DNA of 28,052 nucleotides from Cyanobacteriota bacterium (GCA_046045965.1 JBJOKS010000043.1:1-28052); one strand, 5' to 3'. Positions 17,236-27,666 are shown, counted from the stretch's first letter. A program made the numbers and translations. Notes: a model not told the origin generated them from the letters alone.

Positions 17236-17373
17236 TTAGTTGTCTCCTGTTTTTTCAATTGTCTCAATCACTGCCAAACCTATACTAGAAGCTGCAATTA
17301 AGACAACTGCTGAAATCAAATAGGCGTTGGTCAACATTCGGAGGGCTTCGTCAAAAAAAATGTAGGTGGTCAT
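17236..17373 (-). CDS. Unannotated 45-aa single-pass membrane microprotein
   Basis: MTTYIFFDEALRMLTNAYLISAVVLIAASSIGLAVIETIEKTGDN*; AAAGGTG RBS 5 nt before the ATG; one ~20-aa hydrophobic helix. Confidence 0.65.
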   Translation of the reverse strand: MTTYIFFDEALRMLTNAYLISAVVLIAASSIGLAVIETIEKTGDN

Positions 17374-17650
17374 TTGTTCACCTTTTGAACTTTAAGAGGC
17401 TACTAGTGCTATTTATTTCTTCACACCCTGATAGGTCAATCTCGCTGATTAATTCCTAGCAATAGCATCTTAACAAAACTTTAGCTAATTCAAAACCCCA
17501 TGACAAAATTTTCTCGCTAAAGATTTGATGAATTTAACTGAGCTTTAGTCACAGACAATACCGAAAAATACTATAAGTAAAAATAGCCACATTTTAAGTT
17601 TACGTAAATATTTGTTTAGCCTTGTATAGCTTGATGCAAAAATATTAAGG

Positions 17651-18178
17651 ATGATTATGGAATATTTACATTTAGCAATATTTACCAATCGCCTGTTAAT
17701 ACAACCGATATCACTTAAATATAAGGAAGATATTTTTCGGGAATTCACTGCCGAAATTACAACTTATTTATATGCTGCCCCACCTAGAGAAATTGCAGAT
17801 ACTGAATTTTTTATTAAACAATCTTTACTAGAGATGGAAACAGGAGAGAATTTAATAGTGGTAATTTTAGAGAAAGATACTCAAGAATTTTTAGGCTGTA
17901 GTGGCATATATAAAATTAATACCAAATATCCCCAAACTGGAATTTGGTTAAAAAAATCAGCATTTGGTCAAGGCTATGCCACAGAAGCAATTAAAGCCCT
18001 GAAAAAATGGGCTGATGCTAACTTAGATTATGAGTATCTCAGATACCCTGTAGATCAGGAAAATGCCCCCAGTAGAAGAGTTGTAGAAAAATTAGGAGGT
18101 CAAATCTTTGGTAAATATCAGCATACAAATTTGAGTGGACAAGTCTTAAATGTAATTGAGTATAGAATCCGTAAATAA
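17651..18178 (+). CDS. GNAT N-acetyltransferase, RimJ/RimL type
   Basis: TNRLLIQPI, GIWL...GQGYATEA and N.PSRRVVEKLG. Confidence 0.9.
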   Translation: MIMEYLHLAIFTNRLLIQPISLKYKEDIFREFTAEITTYLYAAPPREIADTEFFIKQSLLEMETGENLIVVILEKDTQEFLGCSGIYKINTKYPQTGIWLKKSAFGQGYATEAIKALKKWADANLDYEYLRYPVDQENAPSRRVVEKLGGQIFGKYQHTNLSGQVLNVIEYRIRK

Positions 18179-18205
18179 TTATATTTCCCTACTCTCAAAA
18201 CAACA

Positions 18206-19120
18206 CTAAACCAAACAGGGTTCAATAGTAGCAACTACTGATTTTGATAATGATGGTAAATCATAGCCACCTTCTAAACCAAATAGGATTTTGCGAGTTA
18301 CACCTAAACAATATTCTGTAAATAAACCAAAATCTTCAGGTTGCAAAGACAGACTTGCCAAAGGATCATCTAATAGGGCATCATAACCAGCACTGATAAT
18401 GAGTAAATCTGGCTGAAAGTTGGTTAAAAACGGTAATATTTTGGATTCCCACAATGGTTGATATCCGCTGATATCGCTACCAGGGGGTAAAGGTAAATTT
18501 AAAACATTATTATGCAAACCTTTTTCGGAAACCTTCCCAGTACCGGGATAAGCAGGGTACTGATGTAAAGAACAATATGCAATTTGTGAGTGAGTCTCCA
18601 CTATTGCTTGAGTACCATTTCCGTGATGTACATCCCAGTCTAAGATAGCTACGCGGTTTATTCCCGGTTGTTTCAAGGCATAAAAAGCAGAAATAGCCGC
18701 ATTGGAAAATAAACAAAACCCCATCCCCGTATTACTTTCCGCATGGTGTCCCGGTGGACGCGCTAACACAAAAGCCGGATTTTCCCTCGTTAAAACCACA
18801 TCCACCCCATCTAACCAAGCACTCACCGCTAACAAAGCCACATCATAACTGCGGGGAGAAACTGGAGTGTCTCCATCTAAATAACCACCACCACTAGCAG
18901 CGATATCTTTAAGTTTCTTAATGTATTGTGTACTATGGACGGTTTCTATCCAACACATTAACTCTGGTTTCACTGGTGTGGGACTTAACCAATGGATTTT
19001 TTCAACAAAGTCAGCAGTTTTTAAAGCGTTAACAATCGCAGTCAAGCGTTCTGGTTTTTCTGGATGATAGCGTCCGGTTTTGTGATCTAAGAATTCTTCA
19101 GAATAGATGACTGGTAGCAT
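18206..19120 (-). CDS. Histone deacetylase family (AcuC/AphA-like) Zn-dependent deacylase
   Basis: HPEKPERL, RPPGHHA, GFCLF, DWDVHHGNGTQ, SAGYD and LEGGY. Confidence 0.95.
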   Translation of the reverse strand: MLPVIYSEEFLDHKTGRYHPEKPERLTAIVNALKTADFVEKIHWLSPTPVKPELMCWIETVHSTQYIKKLKDIAASGGGYLDGDTPVSPRSYDVALLAVSAWLDGVDVVLTRENPAFVLARPPGHHAESNTGMGFCLFSNAAISAFYALKQPGINRVAILDWDVHHGNGTQAIVETHSQIAYCSLHQYPAYPGTGKVSEKGLHNNVLNLPLPPGSDISGYQPLWESKILPFLTNFQPDLLIISAGYDALLDDPLASLSLQPEDFGLFTEYCLGVTRKILFGLEGGYDLPSLSKSVVATIEPCLV

Positions 19121-19240
19121 GAATGGCAAAAGTCAGGATACTGAATGCAATTCTAGCCTGACTGTTTCTTGAATATCAAAATCAAAGATCGAAAATTCAT
19201 CAAAGTTGCATAAAATGACAGCAAAGACGCAAAAAAAAGC

Positions 19241-19277
19241 AAAAAAAACCCACTCTACATGATCGCGTATAGAGGGG
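19241..19277 (-). terminator. Intrinsic terminator of phoX
   Basis: Minus-strand hairpin CCCCUCUAUA...UGUAGAGUGGG followed by U8. Confidence 0.7.
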
Positions 19278-19345
19278 AGTAGTTAATGTTTAACAAAAAT
19301 TAAAATGCTAAACAATCAGATTATGAACATCATTTTCAACATCAA

Positions 19346-21499
19346 TTACAGTCCACCAATTACACCACCATCATTGCGGGTGATCGCCACCGTAGAAGAT
19401 CGGGGACGACCTGATGGACCATAGCCTTGACTGTGAGGCCAGTTACTAAATTGAGTGGGATTTGCAGAAGTAGAATCTTCACCTGGATGTTGGATATTAA
19501 TAAACATCGTTCTCCCATCCGGGGTAGTAATTACACCAGTTACCTCGCAGTTTGTGGGACTAGTGAGAAAACGTCTGATTTGTCTAGTATTGGGGTCAGC
19601 ACAGAACATCGCATTACCACCAATATTTACCCAATCACCTTGACCGTCACCTGCTTGGTCAGTTTGAATCCACAGACGGCCAAAATCATCAAACCACAGA
19701 CCATCGGGCGCACCAAGATCATCACCTTGAATATTACCTTGAAGATTGGTTTCGGGTCTAGTTCTATCACCACATTCCACAAAAATATTCCATGTAAAAG
19801 TAGTGGCTGTTACACTGCGTCCATCCTCACGCCAGCGAATAATATGACCGTAACGGTTGTCAGGTCGTGGGTTAGTAGCATCTACAGCAGGACGCGCACT
19901 ACCGGCTCTTGTTGAACCATTGGGATTATTAGCGGAAGCTGGATCTGTTCCTCGGCGAGTATTATTGGTTAATGTACAGTAAATTTCAATTTCATTAAAT
20001 CTACCCAGACGAGGACGTAGAGCTGTCCACTCTGGACGATCCATCATGGTTGCACCAACTCTATCTGCGGCTTGGCGTGTCTTGATTAATACTTCAGCTT
20101 GATTGCGGAAACCGTTTCCACGTGTCAAACCATTTTGACCATGAATTAAAGGAATCCATTGACCGGTGCCATTATCATTAAACTTGGCAACATAGAGGAT
20201 ACCATTATCTAGCAGATCCCGGTTGGCATCGCGATTTTGGGTGTTTAAAGGTTGGGTGCATACAAATTTGTAAATGTATTCGTTGCGTTCATCATCACCC
20301 ATATAAAAAGCAACACGGTTGTTATCATCCACCACAACTTGGGCGCTCTCGTGTTTGAATCTTCCCAAAGCCGTGCGCTTAACTGGTCTGCTTTGTGGGT
20401 CATAGGGATCAATTTCTACCACCCAGCCAAACAAATGAGGTTCTAATGGGTTGGTAGCAGCATTAAACCTTGGATCAACTTCATGCCAGCGATAGGTAGT
20501 GCCTCCTGTGGGAATACCATAACGATTTTGTCCTGCTAACACATCAGAAGAGTCAACACCAGCAATTTCTTCTACGCTACCAGTGGAGTTACTAAAGTAG
20601 CTGTTCCAGTTTTCTTCACAGGTTAAGTAAGTACCCCAAGGTGTGAAACCATGAGCGCAGTTGTTGAGCGTACCATAAGCAGTAAAACCATCGTTGACCG
20701 TGCCAGTGGCAAAGGAGCCATTAGGCATGATGTCAAACTTTTTGGATCTTAATAGTCTATTGCCTGCCGCCGGTCCAGACACTCGCATTTCGGTGTTGCC
20801 TGTGATGCGGCGACCAAAGGAGGAATTTCTTTGAACACTCCAGTTATTGTCAGTTCTGCGGATCTCTACTACTGAGATGCCGTGAGAAGCTTGAGATTTG
20901 CGTACTTTTTCAATTGTGACTGTGCTTAAACCGTCGGGATGCAAAATTTCTTCTTGGGTATACTCATGGTTAACACAGAGTAACCCACGATTTGATCGCA
21001 GTTTTTTTGGACTGATTGGAGAATTTAATGTCTGTATGATGAAACGATCAAGGGGAAGAGAGAAGTAGTGCATACCATCGGCGTGCATACCAAATTGCTT
21101 TTCCTGCGCCGCAGCGTTTTGGGAGGCATCTGATAGCCATTCTTCTCCACCGATCATAATTGGATCTCCCCAAGCAACCAGGACTTCGGCTGTATATCCC
21201 TCGGGAACGCTCACAAGATCCTTTTGTAGCAGTCCTGTTACTGGGTTGTTTAAATTAGGTGGGATGCTGTTAAACCCAATACCACGAAATCCTAAACTGT
21301 TTGGAATTGGCGCTGCTTCCACAGTTTGCAAAAAGCCACCAATGGAAATATCTCCAATGACTGTTAGTGCCGATGCTCCTAATGCTGTCATCAGGAAGCG
21401 ACGACGTTTCATACTGACACGATCTATTACGTCCAGAATTGACTCATTCCTAGATGGGTTGATAGTTACATCGTTTTTTGGATGAAATAAACCTTTCAT
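19346..21499 (-). CDS. phoX: PhoX-family alkaline phosphatase (DUF839), Tat-exported
   Basis: Tat motif KRRRFL; VNHEY, TPWGTYLTCEEN, ALGRFKHE, DRPE, PDGL and NIQHPGE; AAGGAG RBS. Confidence 0.95.
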   Translation of the reverse strand: MKGLFHPKNDVTINPSRNESILDVIDRVSMKRRRFLMTALGASALTVIGDISIGGFLQTVEAAPIPNSLGFRGIGFNSIPPNLNNPVTGLLQKDLVSVPEGYTAEVLVAWGDPIMIGGEEWLSDASQNAAAQEKQFGMHADGMHYFSLPLDRFIIQTLNSPISPKKLRSNRGLLCVNHEYTQEEILHPDGLSTVTIEKVRKSQASHGISVVEIRRTDNNWSVQRNSSFGRRITGNTEMRVSGPAAGNRLLRSKKFDIMPNGSFATGTVNDGFTAYGTLNNCAHGFTPWGTYLTCEENWNSYFSNSTGSVEEIAGVDSSDVLAGQNRYGIPTGGTTYRWHEVDPRFNAATNPLEPHLFGWVVEIDPYDPQSRPVKRTALGRFKHESAQVVVDDNNRVAFYMGDDERNEYIYKFVCTQPLNTQNRDANRDLLDNGILYVAKFNDNGTGQWIPLIHGQNGLTRGNGFRNQAEVLIKTRQAADRVGATMMDRPEWTALRPRLGRFNEIEIYCTLTNNTRRGTDPASANNPNGSTRAGSARPAVDATNPRPDNRYGHIIRWREDGRSVTATTFTWNIFVECGDRTRPETNLQGNIQGDDLGAPDGLWFDDFGRLWIQTDQAGDGQGDWVNIGGNAMFCADPNTRQIRRFLTSPTNCEVTGVITTPDGRTMFINIQHPGEDSTSANPTQFSNWPHSQGYGPSGRPRSSTVAITRNDGGVIGGL

Positions 21500-21617
21500 T
21501 CTCTGTTCTCCTTTTATTTATGATTTATGTTCAGTTATTTATTTTGGACTGGAGCAATTAAGTACAAAAAACTCGACAATAAGACATAATTGCCAGCAAT
21601 TTTGTGGATTTTCTTGG

Positions 21618-21659
21618 CTTTTTAAACAGTTATTAACTTGTATTTAATAAGCTGTTAAT
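21618..21659 (-). promoter_or_regulatory. Pho box array 1 (SphR/PhoB)
   Basis: TTAA at 21622, 21633, 21644 and 21655, an exact 11-bp period; minus strand reads ATTAACAG-ctt-ATTAAATA-caa-GTTAATAA-ctg-TTTAAAAA. Confidence 0.7.
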
Positions 21660-21719
21660 ATTGGTGGGTTTTGCTCGTCAGTCCAAAATTAATTCAACTG
21701 ACAATTATTCTATTGATGG

Positions 21720-21761
21720 GTTTTTAACGAAAAGTTATGTATTGTTTAATGGGAATTTATG
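21720..21761 (-). promoter_or_regulatory. Pho box-like array 2
   Basis: TTAA/TTAT at 21724, 21735, 21746 and 21757, an 11-bp period. Confidence 0.5.
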
Positions 21762-21829
21762 ATATTTTTGTATTGATAATTAATAAGTGATTTGTCAACA
21801 ATATTCCGTAAATAAGCCATATGGAAATC

Positions 21830-22173
21830 CCCTCCTCCGGTTTGGGCTATTTCTGGGAATTTTTTGATATGTGCTGGGGTGTGGACTGTTTATAATACAA
21901 ATGTCCAGTTTCTTAATGCTACTGGAGTAGGCGATCGCTATACAATTTTGTCAGCAAATTCGGCTGTGTTTAGAGCTTTAATAATTGCTGTCAATATTTC
22001 TGGTTTCTCTAGATGACTTTTTTCTTGATTAGACATAGTAGTGAACATTAAATGTGCGTTTCCTTGAACCATTGTAGAGACGTTCCTTATGTCGGAATGA
22101 TCGGCTCTAGATTCTTTTCTACTAGATGTCTATTGTGTTCTAGAAATTCATCAGCATAGATGACTGGCAACAT
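21830..22173 (-). pseudogene. Decayed 5' fragment of a histone-deacetylase-family gene (paralogue of 18206..19120)
   Basis: 22173-22132 reads MLPVIYADEFLEHN (intact gene: MLPVIYSEEFLDHK). After a ~100-bp insertion, 22015-21830 reads HLEKPEILTAIIKALNTAEFADKIV*RSPTPV...*TVHTPAHIKKFPEIAQTGGG (intact: HPEKPERLTAIVNALKTADFVEKIHWLSPTPV...TVHSTQYIKKLKDIAASGGG). Confidence 0.9.
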
Positions 22174-22464
22174 CTGTTTTATTACTTTTATTAACCGCAG
22201 AAAACTTGTTAGGAATAGGAGTCGGGAGAAGTCAGTGCGGTGGGTAGGTTTCCGAACTTGTAGCAGTTGCTGTCAACTGCTGTTCAGGAGTCAGGAGTCA
22301 GGAAAAAGAAGAATAAATTTTGATGTTTGAGTTGATGAATTTTTAGGTTAATATATGTTAGAATTATAGCAAAATATGACAATTTTTCAAGATTAATTTG
22401 ACATAATTTTGTATTTTGTCAAGAACAAAGGCTAAAATCTACGATTTTTGGAGTTTTGCAGGTT

Positions 22465-25059
22465 ATGACAACCTCACAGGAGAGGATTATCCCGACAGAT
22501 TTACGACAAGAGATGTCGCAATCTTATCTGGAATACGCCATGAGCGTAATTGTAGGTCGGGCGCTGCCAGATGCCAGGGATGGTCTTAAACCTGTGCATC
22601 GTCGCATCCTCTATGCCATGCACGAGTTGGGTTTGCTGCCCGATCGCCCGTTTAGAAAAAGCGCCCGTGTAGTCGGGGAAGTGTTGGGTAAATATCACCC
22701 CCACGGTGACACAGCGGTATATGATGCCTTGGTGCGGATGGCGCAGGATTTTTCCATGCGATCGCCTTTAATAAACGGTCATGGTAACTTCGGTTCTATT
22801 GACAATGATCCGCCAGCGGCAATGCGGTACACAGAATGTCGTCTGCAAGCTTTAACCAGCGCGTCTCTACTGCAAGACATCGAAGCAGAAACAGTAGACT
22901 TTATTGATAACTTCGATGGTTCCCAACAAGAACCCACGGTTTTACCCTCCCGTATTCCCCAACTATTACTGAATGGTTCTTCGGGAATTGCCGTAGGAAT
23001 GGCTACTAATATTCCTCCGCATAATTTGGGAGAATTGATTGATGGGTTAGTGGCATTAATTCACAACCCAGAAATTACTGTAATTGAGTTAATGCAGTAC
23101 ATTCACGGTCCAGACTTCCCCACTGGGGCGCAAATTCTGGGAACATCGGCAATTAAAGAAGCTTACACCACTGGACGCGGTTCGATTACCATGCGGGGTG
23201 TGGCCAGTATTGAAACCATTGAACAACGCAATAGACCAGAACGGGATGCAATTATTATTACCGAATTGCCCTATCAAACCAACAAAGCCGCATTAATTGA
23301 AAAAATTGCGGAGTTGGTGAATGATAAGAAAATTGAAGGAATTGCAGATATTCGGGATGAGAGCGATCGCGACGGAATGCGAATCGTCATAGAATTAAAA
23401 CGCGATGCCTATCCCCGCGTCGTTTTAAATAACCTTTACAAACAAACCCCACTCCAGTCCAACTTTGGCGCAAATATGTTGGCCTTGGTCAACGGGGAAC
23501 CCCAAGTTCTCACCCTCAAGGACTTCTTAAGCGTCTTCCTGGATTTTCGCATTGAAACCATTAACAGACGTACCCGTTACCAACTGCGAAAAGCAGAAGA
23601 AAGAGATCATCTGTTACAGGGTTTACTAATTGCCTTATCACATTTAGACGCAATTATCAACCTGATTCGTAGCGCACCAGACGCACCCTCAGCCAAAGGT
23701 GAATTAATCAGCAATTATGGACTTTCCGAAGTTCAAGCAGATGCCATCTTGCAAATGCAACTGCGGCGGTTAACAGCCCTAGAAGCTGATAAAATTCGCC
23801 TAGAACACGAAGAATTACAAATTCAAATAGCCGACTTACAGGATATTTTGGATAGACGGGAAAGGGTACTGGAAATTATAGAAAACGAAGTTACCCAAAT
23901 CAAAACCCAATTTGCCACACCCCGACGCACAGCTATTACCCACGCAGAAGGGGAAATAGATGATATTGACTTAATTGCTAACGAAAAAGTCCTAATTCTG
24001 CTGACAAAACAAGGTTACATCAAACGGATGCCCGTCAACACCTTTGAAGCCCAAAGCCGTGCTACCAGAGGTAAAGCCGGTGCCAAAGTCAAAGATGATG
24101 ATACCATTGAGCATTTCTTAACCTGCTGTGATCATGATAGCGTCTTATTCTTTAGCGATCGCGGTGTTGTTTACTCCCTAAAAACCTATCAAATACCCTT
24201 GGGTTCCCGCACCAGTCGCGGTACACCCATCGTCCAGATGTTACCCATACCCAAAGAAGAAAAAATCACCTCCATCGTCCCTGTAGACGAATTTAGAGAA
24301 GATGAATATTTGGTCATGCTCACCAAAGGCGGTAACATCAAAAAAACCGCATTGGCAGCATTTAGTAACATTCGCGCTAACGGATTAATTGCCATATCCT
24401 TAGAAGAAGGGGATCAACTGCGTTGGGTCAGACGTGCCAAAGTAGAAGATAGCATCATCATCGGTTCACGTCATGGTATGGCCATACACTTCCGTTGTAC
24501 CCATGATCAACTGCGTCCCCTGGGTAGAGCAACTCGTGGGGTAAAATCAATGAAACTCAAAGCCGGTGATGAACTAGTGGGAATGGATATTCTTCCTGCC
24601 GCAATTCTTGATACTTTAAATACAGAGACAGAAGCGGACATCGAAGAAGAAATCATCGAAATTGAAGAAACCAGCGAAAATAACGAAGAAACCGCCGAAG
24701 TACCAGGAAACGGTAGCACTGGTCCCTGGGTTTTAATCATTACAATGGGAGGATATGGCAAACGCGTACCAGTGGCACAATTCCGCCTGCAAAACCGCGC
24801 CGGACAAGGTTTAACCGCCACCAAATTCAAAAACCGCAAAACCAAAGACCAACTAGCAACCCTGCGAATTGTCAACTGTGACGAAGAAATTATGATGGCC
24901 ACAAATCGCGGTATTATTATTCGTCAGACAGTCAATGCCATTTCCGTACAATCGCGGACAGCAACCGGAGTGAGAGTACAGAAATTAGATGAAGATGATG
25001 CTATTACCGGAGTAGCCGTAGTTCCTCCAGATGCAGGTGATGCAGAAGAAACTGAATAA
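22465..25059 (+). CDS. gyrA: DNA gyrase subunit A
   Basis: [22 protein letters not shown], catalytic AAMRYTE, GyrA-box variant QSRATRG and C-terminal pinwheel; ATG at 22465 (track start is TTG 22456). Confidence 0.98.
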   Translation: MTTSQERIIPTDLRQEMSQSYLEYAMSVIVGRALPDARDGLKPVHRRILYAMHELGLLPDRPFRKSARVVGEVLGKYHPHGDTAVYDALVRMAQDFSMRSPLINGHGNFGSIDNDPPAAMRYTECRLQALTSASLLQDIEAETVDFIDNFDGSQQEPTVLPSRIPQLLLNGSSGIAVGMATNIPPHNLGELIDGLVALIHNPEITVIELMQYIHGPDFPTGAQILGTSAIKEAYTTGRGSITMRGVASIETIEQRNRPERDAIIITELPYQTNKAALIEKIAELVNDKKIEGIADIRDESDRDGMRIVIELKRDAYPRVVLNNLYKQTPLQSNFGANMLALVNGEPQVLTLKDFLSVFLDFRIETINRRTRYQLRKAEERDHLLQGLLIALSHLDAIINLIRSAPDAPSAKGELISNYGLSEVQADAILQMQLRRLTALEADKIRLEHEELQIQIADLQDILDRRERVLEIIENEVTQIKTQFATPRRTAITHAEGEIDDIDLIANEKVLILLTKQGYIKRMPVNTFEAQSRATRGKAGAKVKDDDTIEHFLTCCDHDSVLFFSDRGVVYSLKTYQIPLGSRTSRGTPIVQMLPIPKEEKITSIVPVDEFREDEYLVMLTKGGNIKKTALAAFSNIRANGLIAISLEEGDQLRWVRRAKVEDSIIIGSRHGMAIHFRCTHDQLRPLGRATRGVKSMKLKAGDELVGMDILPAAILDTLNTETEADIEEEIIEIEETSENNEETAEVPGNGSTGPWVLIITMGGYGKRVPVAQFRLQNRAGQGLTATKFKNRKTKDQLATLRIVNCDEEIMMATNRGIIIRQTVNAISVQSRTATGVRVQKLDEDDAITGVAVVPPDAGDAEETE

Positions 25060-26635
25060 ACAACTAAGGGACAAGTTATATTTATTGCTCCCTTATTTAG
25101 TAGCAGTAACGAGTGGCGTTTTGATGGGGGTAACAGTTGCCCCCCTCACTGCTTGGTTTTTCGCTTGGGTTGCCCTTGCGCCCCTTTGGGTGTTAGTTGT
25201 TAAATATACAAAAAACACAAATCACCCTGCCTTTCTTTGGGCGATCGCCTATCATGGAATAGCCCTATCATGGATCACCGGTATTCACCCCATGAACTGG
25301 TTAGGTGTTCCTTGGTGGCCAAGTTTATTTATTACCATCTTTTGTTGGTCTTTTATTAGCCTCTGGGGAGGCCTATTAGTCTCCCTTTGGGCGTTTTTGA
25401 TGGTGCGGTTGGATAAGCAAAAACCGTGGTTGCGGGTTTTAATTGGTACAGCTTTATGGTGTGGGTTAGAAAGTTTGTGGAGTTCTGGATCTTTATGGTG
25501 GAGTTCTCTTGCGTACACTCAATCTCCGCATAATTTGGTAATTTTGCATTTAGGGCAACTTTCAGGACCGAATACGGTAACGGCGGTTATTGTGGCGGTT
25601 AATGGGTTAATAGGTGAAGCTTGGATATCTTATTTCGCGCAAAGGCGCAAAGGAGCAAAGGAAGAAAAGAAAGATGAAGTAAAAACCTCTGCGTTCTCTG
25701 CGTCTCTGCGGTTCGTTAATAAATACTCAATCTCAGCTATAATACTGTTAATTATTGCCCATGTTTTAGGGTTTATTCTTTATTTTCAACCCTTGAATAA
25801 TAACGAAAATACAGCATTAAAAATAGGCATCATTCAAGGTAACATTCCTAATGAAATTAAACTACTTCCTCAAGGATATCGTAAAGCAATTACAGGTTAT
25901 ACTAATGGATATTTAAGATTAGCAAGTCAAGGTGTTGATGGGGTGCTAACTCCTGAAGGTGCTTTACCTTTATATGAACGCAATTTTCAAAAGACTCCTT
26001 TATTAGATGCGGTGAAGGAAAAAGGGGTAATTGCTTGGATAGGTGGTTTTGGAGAAAGGGGAAAAAGCTATACTAATAGTTTATTTGGTGTGAATAAAAA
26101 AGGGGAAGTTACCAGCAGATATGATAAATCAAAACTTGTTCCTTTGGGGGAATTTGTTCCTTTTGAAGAAATTTTCGGGGCGTTAGTGCAACGTTTATCG
26201 CCTTTGGATGAACATCAAGTACATGGGGCAAAAAATCAAGTTTTTGATACTCCCTTGGGGCGGGTTATTGTGGGTATTTGTTATGAGTCTGCTTTTTCGG
26301 AAATATTCAGATATCAAGCTTTTAATGGTGGGCAATTTATTTTAAGTTCTTCCAATGATGCCCATTATACTGCTGCTATGGCAGATCAACATCATGCCCA
26401 GGATATCATGCGAGCAATTGAAACTGATAGATGGGCTGTGAGGGCAACAAATACCGGTTATTCTGCTTTTGTTGATCCGCATGGGAGAACTTTGTGGAAA
26501 TCAGGATATAATTCTTATGAAACTCATGCAGAAACTATTTATGCTCGTCAAACTCAGACTTTATATGTGCGTTGGGGTGATTGGTTGATGCCTTTGTTGT
26601 TGGTTCTGGGGTTTTTGGGGTGGGTATTTTTGTGA
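25031..26635 (+). CDS. lnt: Apolipoprotein N-acyltransferase
   Basis: Multiple TM helices; nitrilase triad PEG / KLVPLGE / ICYES; QGNI and RATNTG; overlaps the gyrA stop. Confidence 0.95.
   Translation: MQVMQKKLNKQLRDKLYLLLPYLVAVTSGVLMGVTVAPLTAWFFAWVALAPLWVLVVKYTKNTNHPAFLWAIAYHGIALSWITGIHPMNWLGVPWWPSLFITIFCWSFISLWGGLLVSLWAFLMVRLDKQKPWLRVLIGTALWCGLESLWSSGSLWWSSLAYTQSPHNLVILHLGQLSGPNTVTAVIVAVNGLIGEAWISYFAQRRKGAKEEKKDEVKTSAFSASLRFVNKYSISAIILLIIAHVLGFILYFQPLNNNENTALKIGIIQGNIPNEIKLLPQGYRKAITGYTNGYLRLASQGVDGVLTPEGALPLYERNFQKTPLLDAVKEKGVIAWIGGFGERGKSYTNSLFGVNKKGEVTSRYDKSKLVPLGEFVPFEEIFGALVQRLSPLDEHQVHGAKNQVFDTPLGRVIVGICYESAFSEIFRYQAFNGGQFILSSSNDAHYTAAMADQHHAQDIMRAIETDRWAVRATNTGYSAFVDPHGRTLWKSGYNSYETHAETIYARQTQTLYVRWGDWLMPLLLVLGFLGWVFL
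25633..25717. repeat. Composite short dispersed repeat inserted in frame within lnt
   Basis: Left part matches 302-340; right part is the reverse complement of 3246-3277. Confidence 0.85.
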
Positions 26636-26648
26636 TGTGAAACAATTT

Positions 26649-26714
26649 AGATCCCCGACTTCTGTTTTCAACTATAGATTCTGAATAGAAATTTTGTTAA
26701 GAAGTCGGGGATCT
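26649..26714. repeat. Perfect 15-bp inverted-repeat element between the convergent lnt and DUF1995 genes
   Basis: AGATCCCCGACTTCT ... AGAAGTCGGGGATCT. Confidence 0.85.
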
Positions 26715-26769
26715 GCTTCGCGAACGTGGTTTATTTCTCCGTTACTTACTTGTGCGTCCTAAAAATGAA

Positions 26770-26794
26770 GGGTAGGCAGATGCCCACCCCACAA
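26770..26794 (-). repeat. REP-like palindromic repeat (family of 419-444)
   Basis: Reverse complement reads TTGTGGGGTGGGCATCTGCCTACCC. Confidence 0.75.
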
Positions 26795-26816
26795 GATGGT
26801 ATGATTATGAAGGTTG

Positions 26817-27548
26817 TTAACTGCTCAATGCTTTGATAAACCGCTGCAAACTCTTAAACACACTAGGCTTTTTAACAGGTGTTCCGTCGCTAGTTTGCGG
26901 TTGTCCTTTCATCAGGATCATGTCTATTTCATCACCGGAAGGTTTTTTGGGTAATTCGGCTACTTTTTGATATTCCCCATCGGTTTCTAACCACACTTCC
27001 CACTCTCCAGGATAACAGCGCATGAGGGCGCTTTCTTCATCTACTGGACGCAGATAATAGCAAGATTCAATGGTACTAATGAAACGTCTGCGGGTTTCTC
27101 TCGCTGCGTAACCTATACCCACTGTCCCAGAGTCTTCTAAACGGGGGTTTAACATGACTACGGGGCGTTCACCGATCATTTCACACAGTTTTTCTAATTG
27201 CGGTATTTCTACGTTTGTAGGGGCGATAAACAGGAAAATTTCATCCTCTGGTTGAATTTTTGACTCTAAGGAAGCTGTTCTTCCTGTACCGATATCTAAA
27301 ATTTTAAATGGTGAATCTGCCCAGTCTCGACGAGCTAAAGCGGCTGCACCAGCATCTGCAAAGAAGACTTTGAGACGAGATTCATATTCAGCAAACAGGG
27401 GGAGGAATTGTTCTGCAACTGGCATAAATTTGAGTTCTGGGAACAGTAACTCTACTTGAATGCGCGTTACACCATCAGCTAATGCTGATTTTACCGCTTC
27501 ACGAGATTGAGCGATCGCATCTTCTAGGGTTTTGGGTAGTTCAGCCAT
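26817..27548 (-). CDS. DUF1995 family protein
   Basis: MAELPKTLEDAI, FADAGAAALARRDW, LNPRLED..VGIG and YYLRP; the ATG at 27548 is preferred over the track start. Confidence 0.85.
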   Translation of the reverse strand: MAELPKTLEDAIAQSREAVKSALADGVTRIQVELLFPELKFMPVAEQFLPLFAEYESRLKVFFADAGAAALARRDWADSPFKILDIGTGRTASLESKIQPEDEIFLFIAPTNVEIPQLEKLCEMIGERPVVMLNPRLEDSGTVGIGYAARETRRRFISTIESCYYLRPVDEESALMRCYPGEWEVWLETDGEYQKVAELPKKPSGDEIDMILMKGQPQTSDGTPVKKPSVFKSLQRFIKALSS

Positions 27549-27659
27549 AATTTCGAGTTTTGATAAATTGTCTGCATCAATATTCAATTCTCGCAGTTTG
27601 GCCGCTAGTCGTTCAGCTTTTTGTTTTTCTTGTGCTGCTGCTTGTGGGGTAATCAGGTA
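27549..27659 (-). pseudogene. 3' remnant of a Uma2-type gene (coiled-coil tail), in frame with the DUF1995 gene
   Basis: Reads YLITPQAAAQEKQKAERLAAKLRELNIDADNL then TCA where the stop is expected; no start codon upstream of the tail motif; cut at the repeat at 27667. Confidence 0.7.
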
Positions 27660-27666
27660 TAAATTT

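Noticed and set aside
22215..22303. AGGAGTC heptamers upstream of gyrA as a regulatory element
   Set aside because: Ordinary STRR-type heptamer repeats common in Nostocales, with few degenerate copies
5257..25518. Short ORFs nested antisense or out of frame within chlH, the MTase, murF, the deacetylase, phoX, gyrA and lnt, plus 1734..2036, 4068..4268, 17545..17748 and 27532..27735
   Set aside because: Shadow ORFs of well-supported genes with no independent evidence
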